Positions 24,802 through 35,028 of a DNA stretch of 57,267 nucleotides are shown piece by piece. Made by a program: the position numbers and the translations under genes. Below the pieces are notes generated by a model. That model was not told where the DNA came from, did no database searches, and saw nothing but the letters and a program-made list of their open reading frames with translations. The number at the start of each line of letters is the position of its first letter. Position 1 is the first letter of the stretch. The DNA comes from a virus (Duplodnaviria > Caudoviricetes): the IMG/VR virus record IMGVR_UViG_3300043398_000440, positions 1 through 57,267 of that record, one strand, 5' to 3'.

Positions 24802-26419
24802 AGCGGCGCACCATTAGATAGAGATTAGACAGCTTAGACAGCGGCACGTAGATACCGTAGTACGCCAGGTAGCCCTTGACGGTGCTCGGTTGGCCTTTCA
24901 AGACCTTGAGCGTGTCGGGCACCAGCCAAGCGATTGCACGGGCGAAGCGGGGCGACCGCCGCATCAGGCGGGCCATGCCGAGTCCCCAGACTGCGTAGGC
25001 CTTGGCGTACTTGGCTTTGGTGGGACACTTAGCCACTGTGGTGGCGTAGAGGTCCTGGTCGAGCAGCCCCGCGTCGCGCGCGGCAGTCATCACGTAGCAG
25101 TAGGCGCCAGGCGCACAGCCCGGTTGCGGTTGTCCAGCGTCTTTGTACTGTTTACCCGCAGGAGACAGCACCACAGCCGCTTTGCTTTTACCTTGGTCGG
25201 TTAGCGATTTCGGGTTGTAGTAGGTGCGCCCAGTCTCGGGGTCAGTGTAGGTGTCGGTGAAGTCTTGCGGATCTGCGTTTCCTGGCAAGTCGCGGTAATA
25301 CGTTTTATCGCCTAGCGTAAGCGTTACGGGCGCGCTGGTATCCTCTTCTGCGGCCTGCTTGTAGCCTTGAGCGGGGCCTACGGTTGCCGAGCGGTCATTA
25401 TAAATATCTGGACCGGTATGACTTTTTGTCCCGCTCTTGAGATACAGTTGGTCTAGTTTAGCTTTCGCGGCAGCTTTGTCTTCTGGTGAACTTGACGGGT
25501 TATTCAGTATGGCGGCCAGTTCTCGAATCGTAGGCTCTTTGGTCTTAGCGGCGTCTTTGGTCTCGTTGACAGTGCCCCTAACGATATCGACCATCTCTTT
25601 GTTGATAGCGTCGGACTTCCGCCCCGAGCTGATGCTGTCAATCTGCGACCCGAAGCCGGTAATCGCCGCCTCTCGCGCAGCCATTTCAGCCGCCGACAGT
25701 CCGAGGTTCTTGTCTTGAATACCCAGCTCCACGCCCTGTTGGTGCTGCAGCGTGTTGCCGTAGCGATCGGCGTCAATGTTTTTCTGCCCCAGCTCGGTAG
25801 CCTGCTGTTTGCTCAGCGTATTGCCATAGCGGTCCATATTGATGTTCTTTTGCGCCAGATTGTCCAGAATCAGCTGCCGCGACAGCTGACCGCTGGCGTC
25901 CTGTGCTTGCCCGAGCGCCTGCATCTGCAGTCCCATGGCAGAGCCACCGCGCACTCCGTTGCCGGCCGCCACGTCGCCAAACTGCTTCATGTTGGTGGCC
26001 AGCTGCTGGTTGATGCCCGCCATGCCCTGCTCGCGGGCCGCCTGTATCTCAGCCGGCGTCATGCCACCAAGTCCTGCCTGTTGCAGGGCAAGCAAAGCAT
26101 TCATCTCCGCTTGGCGCGGATCGGCAATACCTGCTTTTTGCGTGTCGAGCATCTGCTGGACATCGCCTGCACGTGCGTCGGTGATCCGTCCCATGCTGCC
26201 GGCCTTGCCGATGCCTTCTTCGTCAGCACGTTTGATTCCAGCGTCCCGGATGCTCGCCGCTTCTTCTGCCGGCGTCATCGTTGGAGCCGGCGGCGGTGGC
26301 GGGGGCGCCGCCATCGAGTAGTCGCGATTCAGCGCGCGGGTGATTAGGGGCGAGATCGAAGGACCTGCGCCTTGCATCCCGGAATATTGCTTGGGCACGG
26401 GAAACGGAGTGTACGCCAT
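24794..26419 (-). CDS. Putative internal virion protein with CFI-box-like C-terminus
   Basis: Q/A-rich helical body; C-terminal CYVMTAARDAGL...YAVWG. Confidence 0.6.
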   Translation of the reverse strand: MAYTPFPVPKQYSGMQGAGPSISPLITRALNRDYSMAAPPPPPPAPTMTPAEEAASIRDAGIKRADEEGIGKAGSMGRITDARAGDVQQMLDTQKAGIADPRQAEMNALLALQQAGLGGMTPAEIQAAREQGMAGINQQLATNMKQFGDVAAGNGVRGGSAMGLQMQALGQAQDASGQLSRQLILDNLAQKNINMDRYGNTLSKQQATELGQKNIDADRYGNTLQHQQGVELGIQDKNLGLSAAEMAAREAAITGFGSQIDSISSGRKSDAINKEMVDIVRGTVNETKDAAKTKEPTIRELAAILNNPSSSPEDKAAAKAKLDQLYLKSGTKSHTGPDIYNDRSATVGPAQGYKQAAEEDTSAPVTLTLGDKTYYRDLPGNADPQDFTDTYTDPETGRTYYNPKSLTDQGKSKAAVVLSPAGKQYKDAGQPQPGCAPGAYCYVMTAARDAGLLDQDLYATTVAKCPTKAKYAKAYAVWGLGMARLMRRSPRFARAIAWLVPDTLKVLKGQPSTVKGYLAYYGIYVPLSKLSNLYLMVRRYV

Positions 26420-26422
26420 GAG

Positions 26423-29110
26423 CTATTGATCTTTCATTTGGCCGCGAGGCTGGGCAACTTCAAAGTTCCAGCCGGAAATGCTAGGAAATTCGGCCGGGTT
26501 GCTGTTTTCGAACACTGCTCTCACAGATAGTGCTTTTTGGTTAGTCAGCGCGACCTGCTGGGCTGCTTCGCTGGGGTCGCCGTAAGGATAGACCCCATAC
26601 GCGCGCTGCCCATAGCCCTCGGACGAGCGGAAGCTTACATTGAACTCCTGCTCGGCTTGGCCGGAATTCCAGTTGCGCTCCACCTTGGTAGCCAGCGTGA
26701 AGTTTTGGCGGCCTTGTGACGCGCTCAGCACGCGCAGGCGCACAAAGCTTTTGTCCGTAAAAATGTCATCGTTGGTTTGCCACGGCCCTTTGACCTGCAT
26801 TTCGACCGCCGACGAAAATCCGTCGTAGCCGTATTCAGAGTCAAGCACCGCAATCGGTTTGCCGGTCTTGCGCGGAAACGCCCAAGTCATGCCGTCAAAT
26901 TCGACCAGTCCGCCGGCCAGGTACATATCGACTCCCTGCCATTGTGACCAAGTGTTGCTGTTGGGCTCCCAGATCAGCGCAATCGTGTCGGCTGCGTCCT
27001 CGGTAGCTACGTACGAGACCGGAAAAACCTCGCTCCCCGCAGCTAGCTTGATCGCAGGACGTTCCAGCACCATTCCAGGCAATATCAACGCCAGTCCGGC
27101 ATTGCGTTTTAGCGCAACCAGCCGCGTAAACGGCAGCAGCGCCGGCTCCACTTGTCGAATCAGCGCGTTCACAGGTTGGCCGATCGCGTAATCCGCGCTG
27201 CCGCCGTTCAGTGTGTACAGCCCAGCGCGCCCCACTGCGTACACTTGGCCGTTCAATGCACAAATCGCCGTGTTGCCTACCGTACCAGCGGCCCCGGTCA
27301 CACGATTCACAGTGTACGTGGTCGCGCTGGCCAAGCTGCCTTGAATTAGCCACATACTCTCGGCGCCGCCTACGTACAGAGTGTCACCGACTGAGATGCA
27401 CGAGTTCAAATCGCCGCCCTCGGTAATGTCTAGGATTAGGTTGTTCGTCGCTGTGAATTCTTCGTTATTTGGCTCGCTCCAGTACAGATTCTTGGCCAGC
27501 AGTCGAGAGTTTTTGATCGGCTCAGCGAGCGGCGTGGCGGGGTACGCTTGGCCTTCGAAGTATTCGCCAATCACGACAATACGGTTTTGGTGAACCGTGG
27601 CCGCGTAGCAGAAGTCTGGCGGGCGCGTGATCGTGTAGGTCTTAGCTACGTATGCCGACTTAGTCGCGAGCGTCGCGTCTGACATTGTGTCGACGTAGGT
27701 CGAGTTAATCGCCATCGTGCCGACTTGGTAGTACGATGTTCCACCGACCGCGTTGCGGAAAATTTCGACTTCTTCGCCCAGCGAGATCTTACCGCCGCCG
27801 TCAAAGTAGTCGACATCGCCCGTGATGGTGTTGCCCGTCACTTGAGCAATCAACACTCGGCCTGCGCGGGTGTCTGACGTCACGTACTCGCCGACTTGCG
27901 GGTAGTACTGCAAGCGCTCAGCGGCTGAGATCGTCATGATCGGTGAGCCACCGCCACCCGTCAAATCAGTAAACGAGTTGACGCGTCGTGGAGCCCAGGC
28001 AATGCCGGAGTAGTTCGCGCCAACCGAGGTCACGTCTGCCGTGGCCGAAATGCTCGCCACCAAGGTCACGGAGTCGCTGCCGATGCAGGTTTCCGACACC
28101 GTGCTCACTGGACCGTAAGTGATTTGTCCGCTCGGCTTCGTGGTCTTAGGCCGGAAAATGTAGGTGTACGAGCCCGCACCCAAGCTACCGCCGGAACCGA
28201 CGTTAGCTGCTGTGTAGGTGGAGAGCACGTTGCAGCCCGCCACGCTCATGCGGTACCCATCGAACGACATCAAGGCGTCGCCGCGACCTGCGAAAATCAT
28301 TTCCTCCTGAAACTGCACACCGACCACATTGCCGTCTACCGAGTTCACGTCTTGCGTGTAAAAGCAGCGGTACAGCGTGGAATTGCCGGTCGGGTTCGAC
28401 ATCGGCATTTCAAACGAGGCATAGCCGTAAATGAAGTTGTTGGTCGGGTCGAGATTTAGCCAGGTCGAGCCGTCGGTTTTCTCTACGCACGCTGCGTATA
28501 GAAAGCTCAGCCCAGGCATCCGTGACGTACTCCAGGCCTGCGTATAGCCCACGTCCACCACAGTGGCTGAAATCGCCGTCGCCAACGCCGCTATGGTGCT
28601 AGACTCTGTGACGGTGTAGGAAGTGTTGATCGCCCCTGTACTGTCTCTGAGTACGAACTGCAACGCGCCTGTGGTCGGATTGGTACCAAAGCGGTAACTG
28701 TACGTTTCGCCAGACACTGACGCCATATACATCAGCGGAATCTTGCGAATGACGAACGGGCGACCGTCGGAAATGTACACCAGCTGTGTGGAGTTGTAGA
28801 TGTACACCGTATCAGTGCCGCTCGTGAGCTTCTCGTAGCTATACTGGCGCATTTGGTTGCCAACCACGTATTCAGCCGCCACCAAGGCGCCTTGCGGAAA
28901 GCGCAGCAACGTGCCTGTGGCCGCGTACCCTGACGCGGTCGCGTCGGTCGCTGGCAGCGCCAACACTGGCCGCAATCCTGGGCGCTTTTTGAAGTCGCCG
29001 CCGTCTGCCACCACCCAGTTTTTGCCGCTCGCATCGCCGCTCAGCAGAATGTTTTTCTGCAGGTCCAGCCCTGACGGCAACTGCGCTAGTTTTCGGTAGT
29101 TAGCGCTCAC
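26423..29110 (-). CDS. Tail nozzle / tubular protein B-like
   Basis: 895 aa, beta-rich; HQNRIVV, LYWSEP, DKSFVRLRV; follows the adaptor. Confidence 0.7.
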   Translation of the reverse strand: MSANYRKLAQLPSGLDLQKNILLSGDASGKNWVVADGGDFKKRPGLRPVLALPATDATASGYAATGTLLRFPQGALVAAEYVVGNQMRQYSYEKLTSGTDTVYIYNSTQLVYISDGRPFVIRKIPLMYMASVSGETYSYRFGTNPTTGALQFVLRDSTGAINTSYTVTESSTIAALATAISATVVDVGYTQAWSTSRMPGLSFLYAACVEKTDGSTWLNLDPTNNFIYGYASFEMPMSNPTGNSTLYRCFYTQDVNSVDGNVVGVQFQEEMIFAGRGDALMSFDGYRMSVAGCNVLSTYTAANVGSGGSLGAGSYTYIFRPKTTKPSGQITYGPVSTVSETCIGSDSVTLVASISATADVTSVGANYSGIAWAPRRVNSFTDLTGGGGSPIMTISAAERLQYYPQVGEYVTSDTRAGRVLIAQVTGNTITGDVDYFDGGGKISLGEEVEIFRNAVGGTSYYQVGTMAINSTYVDTMSDATLATKSAYVAKTYTITRPPDFCYAATVHQNRIVVIGEYFEGQAYPATPLAEPIKNSRLLAKNLYWSEPNNEEFTATNNLILDITEGGDLNSCISVGDTLYVGGAESMWLIQGSLASATTYTVNRVTGAAGTVGNTAICALNGQVYAVGRAGLYTLNGGSADYAIGQPVNALIRQVEPALLPFTRLVALKRNAGLALILPGMVLERPAIKLAAGSEVFPVSYVATEDAADTIALIWEPNSNTWSQWQGVDMYLAGGLVEFDGMTWAFPRKTGKPIAVLDSEYGYDGFSSAVEMQVKGPWQTNDDIFTDKSFVRLRVLSASQGRQNFTLATKVERNWNSGQAEQEFNVSFRSSEGYGQRAYGVYPYGDPSEAAQQVALTNQKALSVRAVFENSNPAEFPSISGWNFEVAQPRGQMKDQ

Positions 29111-29113
29111 GGC

Positions 29114-30094
29114 CTAGAGATCCTCATCGTAGTTCAGCATTGAGCTGTCTAGTATCGGAATCCCCGGCAAATCCTCCTCAAGATTGCCAATTGCATCCAA
29201 AATTTCCTGCTCCATCGCCGCCAGTACGGGCGCGGTATCGCCAGACTCAGCACTGGAATCGCGCATTTGAATGCGCAACGCCATGTAGTCAGCCAGGTAG
29301 CGTTCGCACAAATCAGGCAGCTGGCTGTGCGTGGTTGCGTACTTGCCAAACACCACGTAATCGCCGGCAACGATGGGGTTGCTCGCGGTCAGAGAAGTGC
29401 TCGCCAGAAACGACAGCACTCCGGTCGAAGAAACGTACTTGGTTGATCCAGCCGCCAGTGGAATGCCGCTAGTTGACGACGAAATTACGCCGTCTTTGGA
29501 AACACACGAGATATAGTCCACGTAGTCCAAGCCGGTGGCTAAGTCGGCAATCGTCTCGTCGGTCACCAAGCCTGTGGCGGTGTCCAACGTTACCGAGGCC
29601 AGGTAGCTGCCGGCTGTGGTCACCGTAGTAATTTTGCCGCGCCGAATGTCGAGTGTTGGTATCACGTACTGATAGTTTAGCCGCAGCCCGTTAGTGACCG
29701 AACTTGACGGGATTGGCGAAACTACGATCTGACCGTGACGCAAAAAATAGCTATCGGGGTAACCCGACGTTGAGACTTCCTGGCGCGGCGTACGCAGTGT
29801 CAGGGGTGAGTAGTTGGTCGCAGCCCCGTTGTGCGAGTAGTCGACTTTTATTAGGTTGTGCTTCAGAAACACGTCGGTTGGCAGCGTGTACACAGCTGTT
29901 CCGGCCGTCGTATCGAGGTAGCCTACTTTGGTGAACAGTGAACTGCGTTCTTGCAGAATCCTGTTGTAAATCCGAGTCTGTGCCGCATTAGCGTGGCGAA
30001 CGAATTCGCGTTGTTGGATACCCTGTGTGCCGCTATAGACCTGGTTGCCTGTTTGTTCGCGCACTTGGCGGATCAGATTGTCGATTCTTTCCAT
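29114..30094 (-). CDS. Head-tail adaptor / tubular protein A-like
   Basis: LIRQVRE...HANAAQ, YTLPTD, GYPDSYF, SPIP; position in module. Confidence 0.7.
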   Translation of the reverse strand: MERIDNLIRQVREQTGNQVYSGTQGIQQREFVRHANAAQTRIYNRILQERSSLFTKVGYLDTTAGTAVYTLPTDVFLKHNLIKVDYSHNGAATNYSPLTLRTPRQEVSTSGYPDSYFLRHGQIVVSPIPSSSVTNGLRLNYQYVIPTLDIRRGKITTVTTAGSYLASVTLDTATGLVTDETIADLATGLDYVDYISCVSKDGVISSSTSGIPLAAGSTKYVSSTGVLSFLASTSLTASNPIVAGDYVVFGKYATTHSQLPDLCERYLADYMALRIQMRDSSAESGDTAPVLAAMEQEILDAIGNLEEDLPGIPILDSSMLNYDEDL

Positions 30095-30136
30095 GCATAC
30101 TCACCTCGCTGGGTTTAGCCACTGTGGTGAGGTGGG

Positions 30137-30370
30137 TTACGACGACATCGATTTGCGGAGCGCGGCAACCATGGCAGACTTACGTACGTCTTTGTCGGCG
30201 GCCGGAGCTGGCGCGACGACTTCGACCTCGGCCTCATCCTCCCCGGGCTCGGCCAGCGCTTCCGCCTCGTCCATGGGCGCTTCGGCAGGCAGCATCGCGC
30301 GAATCCGGTCCATCATGCCAGACATTTCGTCAAGTGCCGCCATCAACTGTGTCAACTGTTCTTTTTCCAT
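30137..30370 (-). CDS. Small acidic hypothetical protein
   Basis: In operon, SD AGGA. Confidence 0.6.
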   Translation of the reverse strand: MEKEQLTQLMAALDEMSGMMDRIRAMLPAEAPMDEAEALAEPGEDEAEVEVVAPAPAADKDVRKSAMVAALRKSMSS

Positions 30371-30380
30371 CGGTCAAGTC

Positions 30381-30923
30381 CTATCCTAAGTAGGCGGTTA
30401 AAATGCCGTCCATCATGTTTTTGCTGATGCCGCGACTGAGATCTCGCTGCGCACCAGTGTTGTTCGCACTGCCTCGCAAAGCGCTAATCAGCATGTCGTA
30501 CACGCTTTGCACCCTGCTTGCCTGAAACTGTTGAGCTTGCTGTGCGGCTGCCATTCGCGCCATTTTCTCAGCACTGGCGCGACTTTCGGCGCTGCTCTCT
30601 GCCTCGGCACTCATGGCGGCGGCGCCACCGGCGGTGTTGGCCAAGCTGCCGGCAAGCTGCCCCGCAGCAGCTATACCCGCTCCGGCATAGTCGCCGTACG
30701 GCGTCGCTGAAGTTGAGGAGCCGTACTCAGGCTGCGCCAGCTGATACCCTGCATAGTCACCGTAGGCTTTACCGTAGCTAGACGGCACATTGACGTCCTG
30801 GCCTGGCGTAAGTTGTGTTGTGCCTGACCATCCACCCCAAGGCGTGCCATTGCGATACTCAATCTTGCCAGCGTCGTTAGCCTGTGCTTTGGCGAGCAGC
30901 CAATCTTTGTAGATGTCGCTCAT
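30381..30923 (-). CDS. Putative internal virion protein
   Basis: Ala/Gly/Gln-rich, GAGIAAAGQLAG segment. Confidence 0.55.
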   Translation of the reverse strand: MSDIYKDWLLAKAQANDAGKIEYRNGTPWGGWSGTTQLTPGQDVNVPSSYGKAYGDYAGYQLAQPEYGSSTSATPYGDYAGAGIAAAGQLAGSLANTAGGAAAMSAEAESSAESRASAEKMARMAAAQQAQQFQASRVQSVYDMLISALRGSANNTGAQRDLSRGISKNMMDGILTAYLG

Positions 30924-30925
30924 GA

Positions 30926-31255
30926 TTAGCGTCGCGCTCCCAGGTACGCGCGTGCGAGCGCGCTGCCTGCATCTTGGCGTGTTTGCGCGCGCTCGGCCGC
31001 CAACCCAGTAGTGGCATCGGCCTGTTGCTGCAGCGCGCCCTGCATCCTCGCCTGTGCGCCCAACTCTTGCGACTGGGCAAACTGGGATTGCTGCTGATCA
31101 AGCTGGTTGCGCTGCAGCTTCTCGCGCATCAGGCGCTCTTTGGCCGCCTCGCCTGCGCGAAAGTCGGCTTTGCCTTTTTGGTCGGCTGCGCCCGCAATGC
31201 CTTGCGCAATGGCAATGGCGGCGGTTACGGCGGCTGCTACAAGTGCTGGAACCAT
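30926..31255 (-). CDS. Putative internal virion protein
   Basis: MVPALVAAAVTAAIAIAQGIAG then Q/A-rich helix; SD AAGGA. Confidence 0.6.
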   Translation of the reverse strand: MVPALVAAAVTAAIAIAQGIAGAADQKGKADFRAGEAAKERLMREKLQRNQLDQQQSQFAQSQELGAQARMQGALQQQADATTGLAAERAQTRQDAGSALARAYLGARR

Positions 31256-31275
31256 GCTGCCTAGTCCTTTTAGTA

Positions 31276-33429
31276 TTACGTCAGTTGGGCGCGGCGCCAA
31301 CCACCGTTCATCCACGCATATAAATAATACGTACCTGTAGCCATTACTTGGCCACCGAAAGTGACGTTGCCGGAAGCGTTGTTTTCTACTAAAACGGTTT
31401 GGCCAGAGACTCCGTTTGAAGTAGTGATTGTATAGGTAGTACCTGTGCAAATTACACTTGGCGAATTAGCCGCCCACGTGTCGGCACCGCTGAACGAAAG
31501 CGCGTTGATATACGCGTTAGTTGCCATTATCAGGCGCCACTCACTGTTGAAAAACACATAGTGAGCCATGCCGTATTGACTTAACGTGACTTTGGCGATA
31601 CCGTTGATCAGGGACGGTGTAACTGTTGCTGCGGTGCTTGCAATGTTAAGAATGTACTTGTGTTGCTGTTCGACACCGTCAGCCAGTGTCATGGCCAAAG
31701 ACGCGCCATTCAGAATCGTGTAGGTTTTTACGACTGAAACGGCGCCGCTAGAAGTAAGTGTTTCCACGTCACCAGTCGTAGCGATGCAACGAGTGCCTTG
31801 AACCAACCGCCACTCACCGCTGAAAAATACATAGTGCGCGGCTCCATACTGCAGGAGCTTCACAACGTTGTTACCGGCTGCCGTGGCTGGGGTGACTGTG
31901 GCGGTTGTGGACGCAATGTTGACGACGTATTTCTGCTGGTGCTCGACACCGTCAGCCAGTGTCATGGCCAGCGTTGACCCGTTCAGGATCGTCATCGACT
32001 TCACTACTGAAATCGCGCCGCTGCTGGTGAGGGTTTCTACGGCCCCCGTGGTGGCGACACACCGCGTGCCTTGAATCAACCGCCACTCACCACTCATGAA
32101 CATGTAGTGCGCAGCGCCGTGTTGCAGTAGTTTGGCGACGTTATCACCAGCTGCTGTGGCGGGAGTGACTGTGGCAGTCGTCGCATTGATATTGACGATG
32201 TATTTGCGTTGACCTTCGACACCGTCAGCTAAGGTCATTGCCAACGTGGAGCCGTTCAGGATCGTAAAGTCTTTAACCACTGAAATCGCGCCATTGGAAG
32301 TCAGTGTTTCGCTCGCCGAACTCGCCACTGCACGAACAGCCAGCACCAGTCGCCATTCGCCGCTGAAAAACACGTAGTGCGCCATGCCGTGTTGGAACAG
32401 CTTCACCACGTTATCGCCAGACGCTGTGGCTGGTGTCACTGTGGCAGTCGTCGAGGCAATGTTGACGATGTATTTCCACTGCCCCTCGACACCGTCAGCC
32501 AATGTCATGGCCAGCGAGCTGCCGTTCAAAATCGTGTAGACTTTGATCGTAGATACCGCGCCGCTGCTGGTGAGGGTTTCACCAGACCCAGCATTAGCCG
32601 CGTGTGACCTGCGTCCAAGTGACAACCGCCACTCACCACTCATGTACACGTACGTGACCATACCGTGCTGATACAGGGTTGCTGTGTTGTCGCCCGCCGC
32701 AGTCGCCGGAGTGACTGTAGCATTGGTTGCGTTGATGTTGACGATGTACTTAACTTGGCCTTCGAAGCCGTTAGCCAACGTCATGGCCAGTGAGGAGCCG
32801 TTGAGAATTGTGAGCGTAGTAGTGAGTGCAACTGCGCCGCTGGAGGTCAGGGTTTCCGAGTATACGTCAGACAGCGCACCTGAGGCGGGCGATAACCGCC
32901 ATTCGCCGCTGATGAACGTGTACTCAGCCTGACCGTACTGATTGATTCTGGCAGTGTTGTACCCCGACGTAGTCGCTGGAGTGACTGTAGCCACGGTCGA
33001 GGCAATGTTGACGATCCACTTTTGCTGACCTTCGACGCCATCCGCCAAGGTCATGGCCAAGGATGAACCGTTCAAAATGGTCAGCGAGGTCGCGACCGAA
33101 ACCGCTCCGCTGGACGTCAGTGTTTCAGTCGACGTGAATCGCGCAACAGTTGGAAACTCGACGCGATTACCGGTATCGACTTTGACGATGTTCACGTCAG
33201 CCGAGCCAGCTGCGTTCAGCGCTCGCAGCGCCTCGTTGTTGGCCAGCCGGATTTTGGCACCAGTCACCGCATTGGTGGCCAGCGCGGCTGTCGCGATTGC
33301 CAACCCCTTGCCGCCACCCGTGTGGTCGTGCGCGCTAATTTTGAGGTCTTTAGTGGCTTCTGTTACGTCCCAGTCGGTATCACCTTTATCAGGTGACGTA
33401 AAATTTAAGCCGGATGTGTATGAGGGCAT
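31276..33429 (-). CDS. Tail fibre with six ~90-aa tandem repeats
   Basis: N-terminal HDHTGG; ETLTSSGA..TILNGSSLAMTLADGVEGQ..GEWRL x6 plus a degenerate seventh. Confidence 0.8.
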   Translation of the reverse strand: MPSYTSGLNFTSPDKGDTDWDVTEATKDLKISAHDHTGGGKGLAIATAALATNAVTGAKIRLANNEALRALNAAGSADVNIVKVDTGNRVEFPTVARFTSTETLTSSGAVSVATSLTILNGSSLAMTLADGVEGQQKWIVNIASTVATVTPATTSGYNTARINQYGQAEYTFISGEWRLSPASGALSDVYSETLTSSGAVALTTTLTILNGSSLAMTLANGFEGQVKYIVNINATNATVTPATAAGDNTATLYQHGMVTYVYMSGEWRLSLGRRSHAANAGSGETLTSSGAVSTIKVYTILNGSSLAMTLADGVEGQWKYIVNIASTTATVTPATASGDNVVKLFQHGMAHYVFFSGEWRLVLAVRAVASSASETLTSNGAISVVKDFTILNGSTLAMTLADGVEGQRKYIVNINATTATVTPATAAGDNVAKLLQHGAAHYMFMSGEWRLIQGTRCVATTGAVETLTSSGAISVVKSMTILNGSTLAMTLADGVEHQQKYVVNIASTTATVTPATAAGNNVVKLLQYGAAHYVFFSGEWRLVQGTRCIATTGDVETLTSSGAVSVVKTYTILNGASLAMTLADGVEQQHKYILNIASTAATVTPSLINGIAKVTLSQYGMAHYVFFNSEWRLIMATNAYINALSFSGADTWAANSPSVICTGTTYTITTSNGVSGQTVLVENNASGNVTFGGQVMATGTYYLYAWMNGGWRRAQLT

Positions 33430-33431
33430 GC

Positions 33432-34022
33432 CTAACCTTCGCTAAGGAACCGGTTGATCACCGAAATCGGTATCAGAATCCCGAACGTGACCTTTTGTGT
33501 TCCTACTGAATAGACGAAATAGCCACTAACAATGCCCACCAGCTTGCCGTGGTACACGCCAGGACCGCCGGAGTTTCCGCCCACCACGCGGCCGTCGAAC
33601 ATCATCACGCGGCACGGCGGCAGGCCGGTTTCTGCTAGTTGATCGTAGCTTGACACCAGGGCGCTGTTGGTTTTCAGCGACCTGCCGCCTGGGTAACCTT
33701 GTATAACGAACGGCTCGCCTTCCTCAGGATCGACATCCGACAACCCAATCGGCTGCACGCTCAAGCACTGATACACCAGCTCCAGCAACGCCAAATCGAC
33801 ATCTGCCTTGGTTTTGACCACCAGGGCGGGGGTCAGGGCATTGCCGCAGCGTACAAACGCAAGAGAACCTCGATCAGCCACTGCGTGGGCGGCGGTCAGT
33901 GCCCAGCTGGGCGCCAGCAGGGTTGCGGTTGCGATGACCCGCTCCTCGCGGTTGATGACGGGCAGCGTGTGGTTGGCCAGCGAAATGGCGAAGGATGCGA
34001 CCAAGGCGAGTAGTGTGGTCAT
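33432..34022 (-). CDS. Secreted trypsin-like serine protease
   Basis: Signal peptide; LTAAH, DLALL, GGNSGGP catalytic triad motifs. Confidence 0.85.
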   Translation of the reverse strand: MTTLLALVASFAISLANHTLPVINREERVIATATLLAPSWALTAAHAVADRGSLAFVRCGNALTPALVVKTKADVDLALLELVYQCLSVQPIGLSDVDPEEGEPFVIQGYPGGRSLKTNSALVSSYDQLAETGLPPCRVMMFDGRVVGGNSGGPGVYHGKLVGIVSGYFVYSVGTQKVTFGILIPISVINRFLSEG

Positions 34023-34052
34023 GCGGTCCTTTTAGCGTACGCTAATTTGCGT

Positions 34053-34577
34053 CTAGTGCAACAAAATTCCGCTACAAAATACGTCTTGCGCTGCCGCTAG
34101 CCCGCCAAGCTCGTCGATCAGCTGCTGTGGGGGGCTCGGCGCGTGCGTGGCGTGGTTATACATGACTGAGTCTGGGTCTTTATTTTGCGCCAGTCCCGTC
34201 ATCCACCCGATGAAGCCGAGCCATACGCGGCCGATTTCGTCCGGGGTGGCGTTCTGGTAGTCGGGCGAAAACACCCAATCGTAGTGCGTCACCGTGGGTC
34301 GGCCAAACGCCAAGGCTGCCACAGGCATCTCGGCTACTGGGAGCCACAGCACGCGCACCTGACGCTCGTCGGCGCCGTAATTCACTGTGGTGCAGCCTAG
34401 TAGTTCATCTAATTGGGCGGTATAGCCACGCATTGCAGCTTCGCCTGGCTCATACACAGGGTTGACTAGTTGTACAGAAAGCGGAAACGTGAAATACTTC
34501 GCTGGCTGGGATTCGCCGCACCCACAGCAGCTAAACAACGCCGCCAACGCCGCCAACGCCAGCCACCGCGAGCGCAC
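34053..34577 (-). CDS. Lipoprotein with degenerate matrixin-like C-terminus
   Basis: MRSRWLALAALAALFSCCGC; GFIGWMTGLAQNKDPDSVMY. Confidence 0.6.
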   Translation of the reverse strand: MRSRWLALAALAALFSCCGCGESQPAKYFTFPLSVQLVNPVYEPGEAAMRGYTAQLDELLGCTTVNYGADERQVRVLWLPVAEMPVAALAFGRPTVTHYDWVFSPDYQNATPDEIGRVWLGFIGWMTGLAQNKDPDSVMYNHATHAPSPPQQLIDELGGLAAAQDVFCSGILLH

Positions 34578-34579
34578 GG

Positions 34580-35026
34580 CTAGCGCACTCGCCGGGCCGA
34601 AATACGCCCATAGGCAGCCGGCGCACCCACCGTAAAGGTTTCTGAAGCTACCAGGTAGTGGGTCGTTGTTGCGCTCAATGAGACGCGCACCGTAGGAATC
34701 GTAAGCGTTACATCGGCCGTTGCTGACGAAACTGTGGGAGTCTGAATACGTGTATCACCCAGCACAGTGCCCGTAAACGAGTTGTTGGTGGTGCCGATCG
34801 CAGCGTCAAAAAGCGTTCCAGTTGCCACACCTGTGCTGGCGCATACTGCGGACACATCCCAATCTCCAGCCGTGAGCGAGATAGATGTTACAGACAGAGG
34901 TGTCGCAGTTGTCAGGGCGGCTGCTGAGCCCTGCACAACCGAGGCGGTGATCAGCTCGCCAGGATCTCCCGCAGCAGCTGAATCATTAGTGGTGGAGACA
35001 GAGCATGCTCCGCGAGTTTTTGCCAT
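34580..35026 (-). CDS. Fibre/structural protein
   Basis: TTNDSAAAGDPGE, TSISLTAGDWDV, YGRISARRVR. Confidence 0.7.
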   Translation of the reverse strand: MAKTRGACSVSTTNDSAAAGDPGELITASVVQGSAAALTTATPLSVTSISLTAGDWDVSAVCASTGVATGTLFDAAIGTTNNSFTGTVLGDTRIQTPTVSSATADVTLTIPTVRVSLSATTTHYLVASETFTVGAPAAYGRISARRVR

Positions 35027-35028
35027 GA

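Noticed and set aside
31276-33429. Diversity-generating retroelement template/variable repeats
   Set aside because: No reverse transcriptase; the repeats are in-frame protein modules without adenine-specific differences
34537-34563. 9-bp tandem repeat AACGCCGCC
   Set aside because: It simply encodes the LAALAAL signal-peptide core
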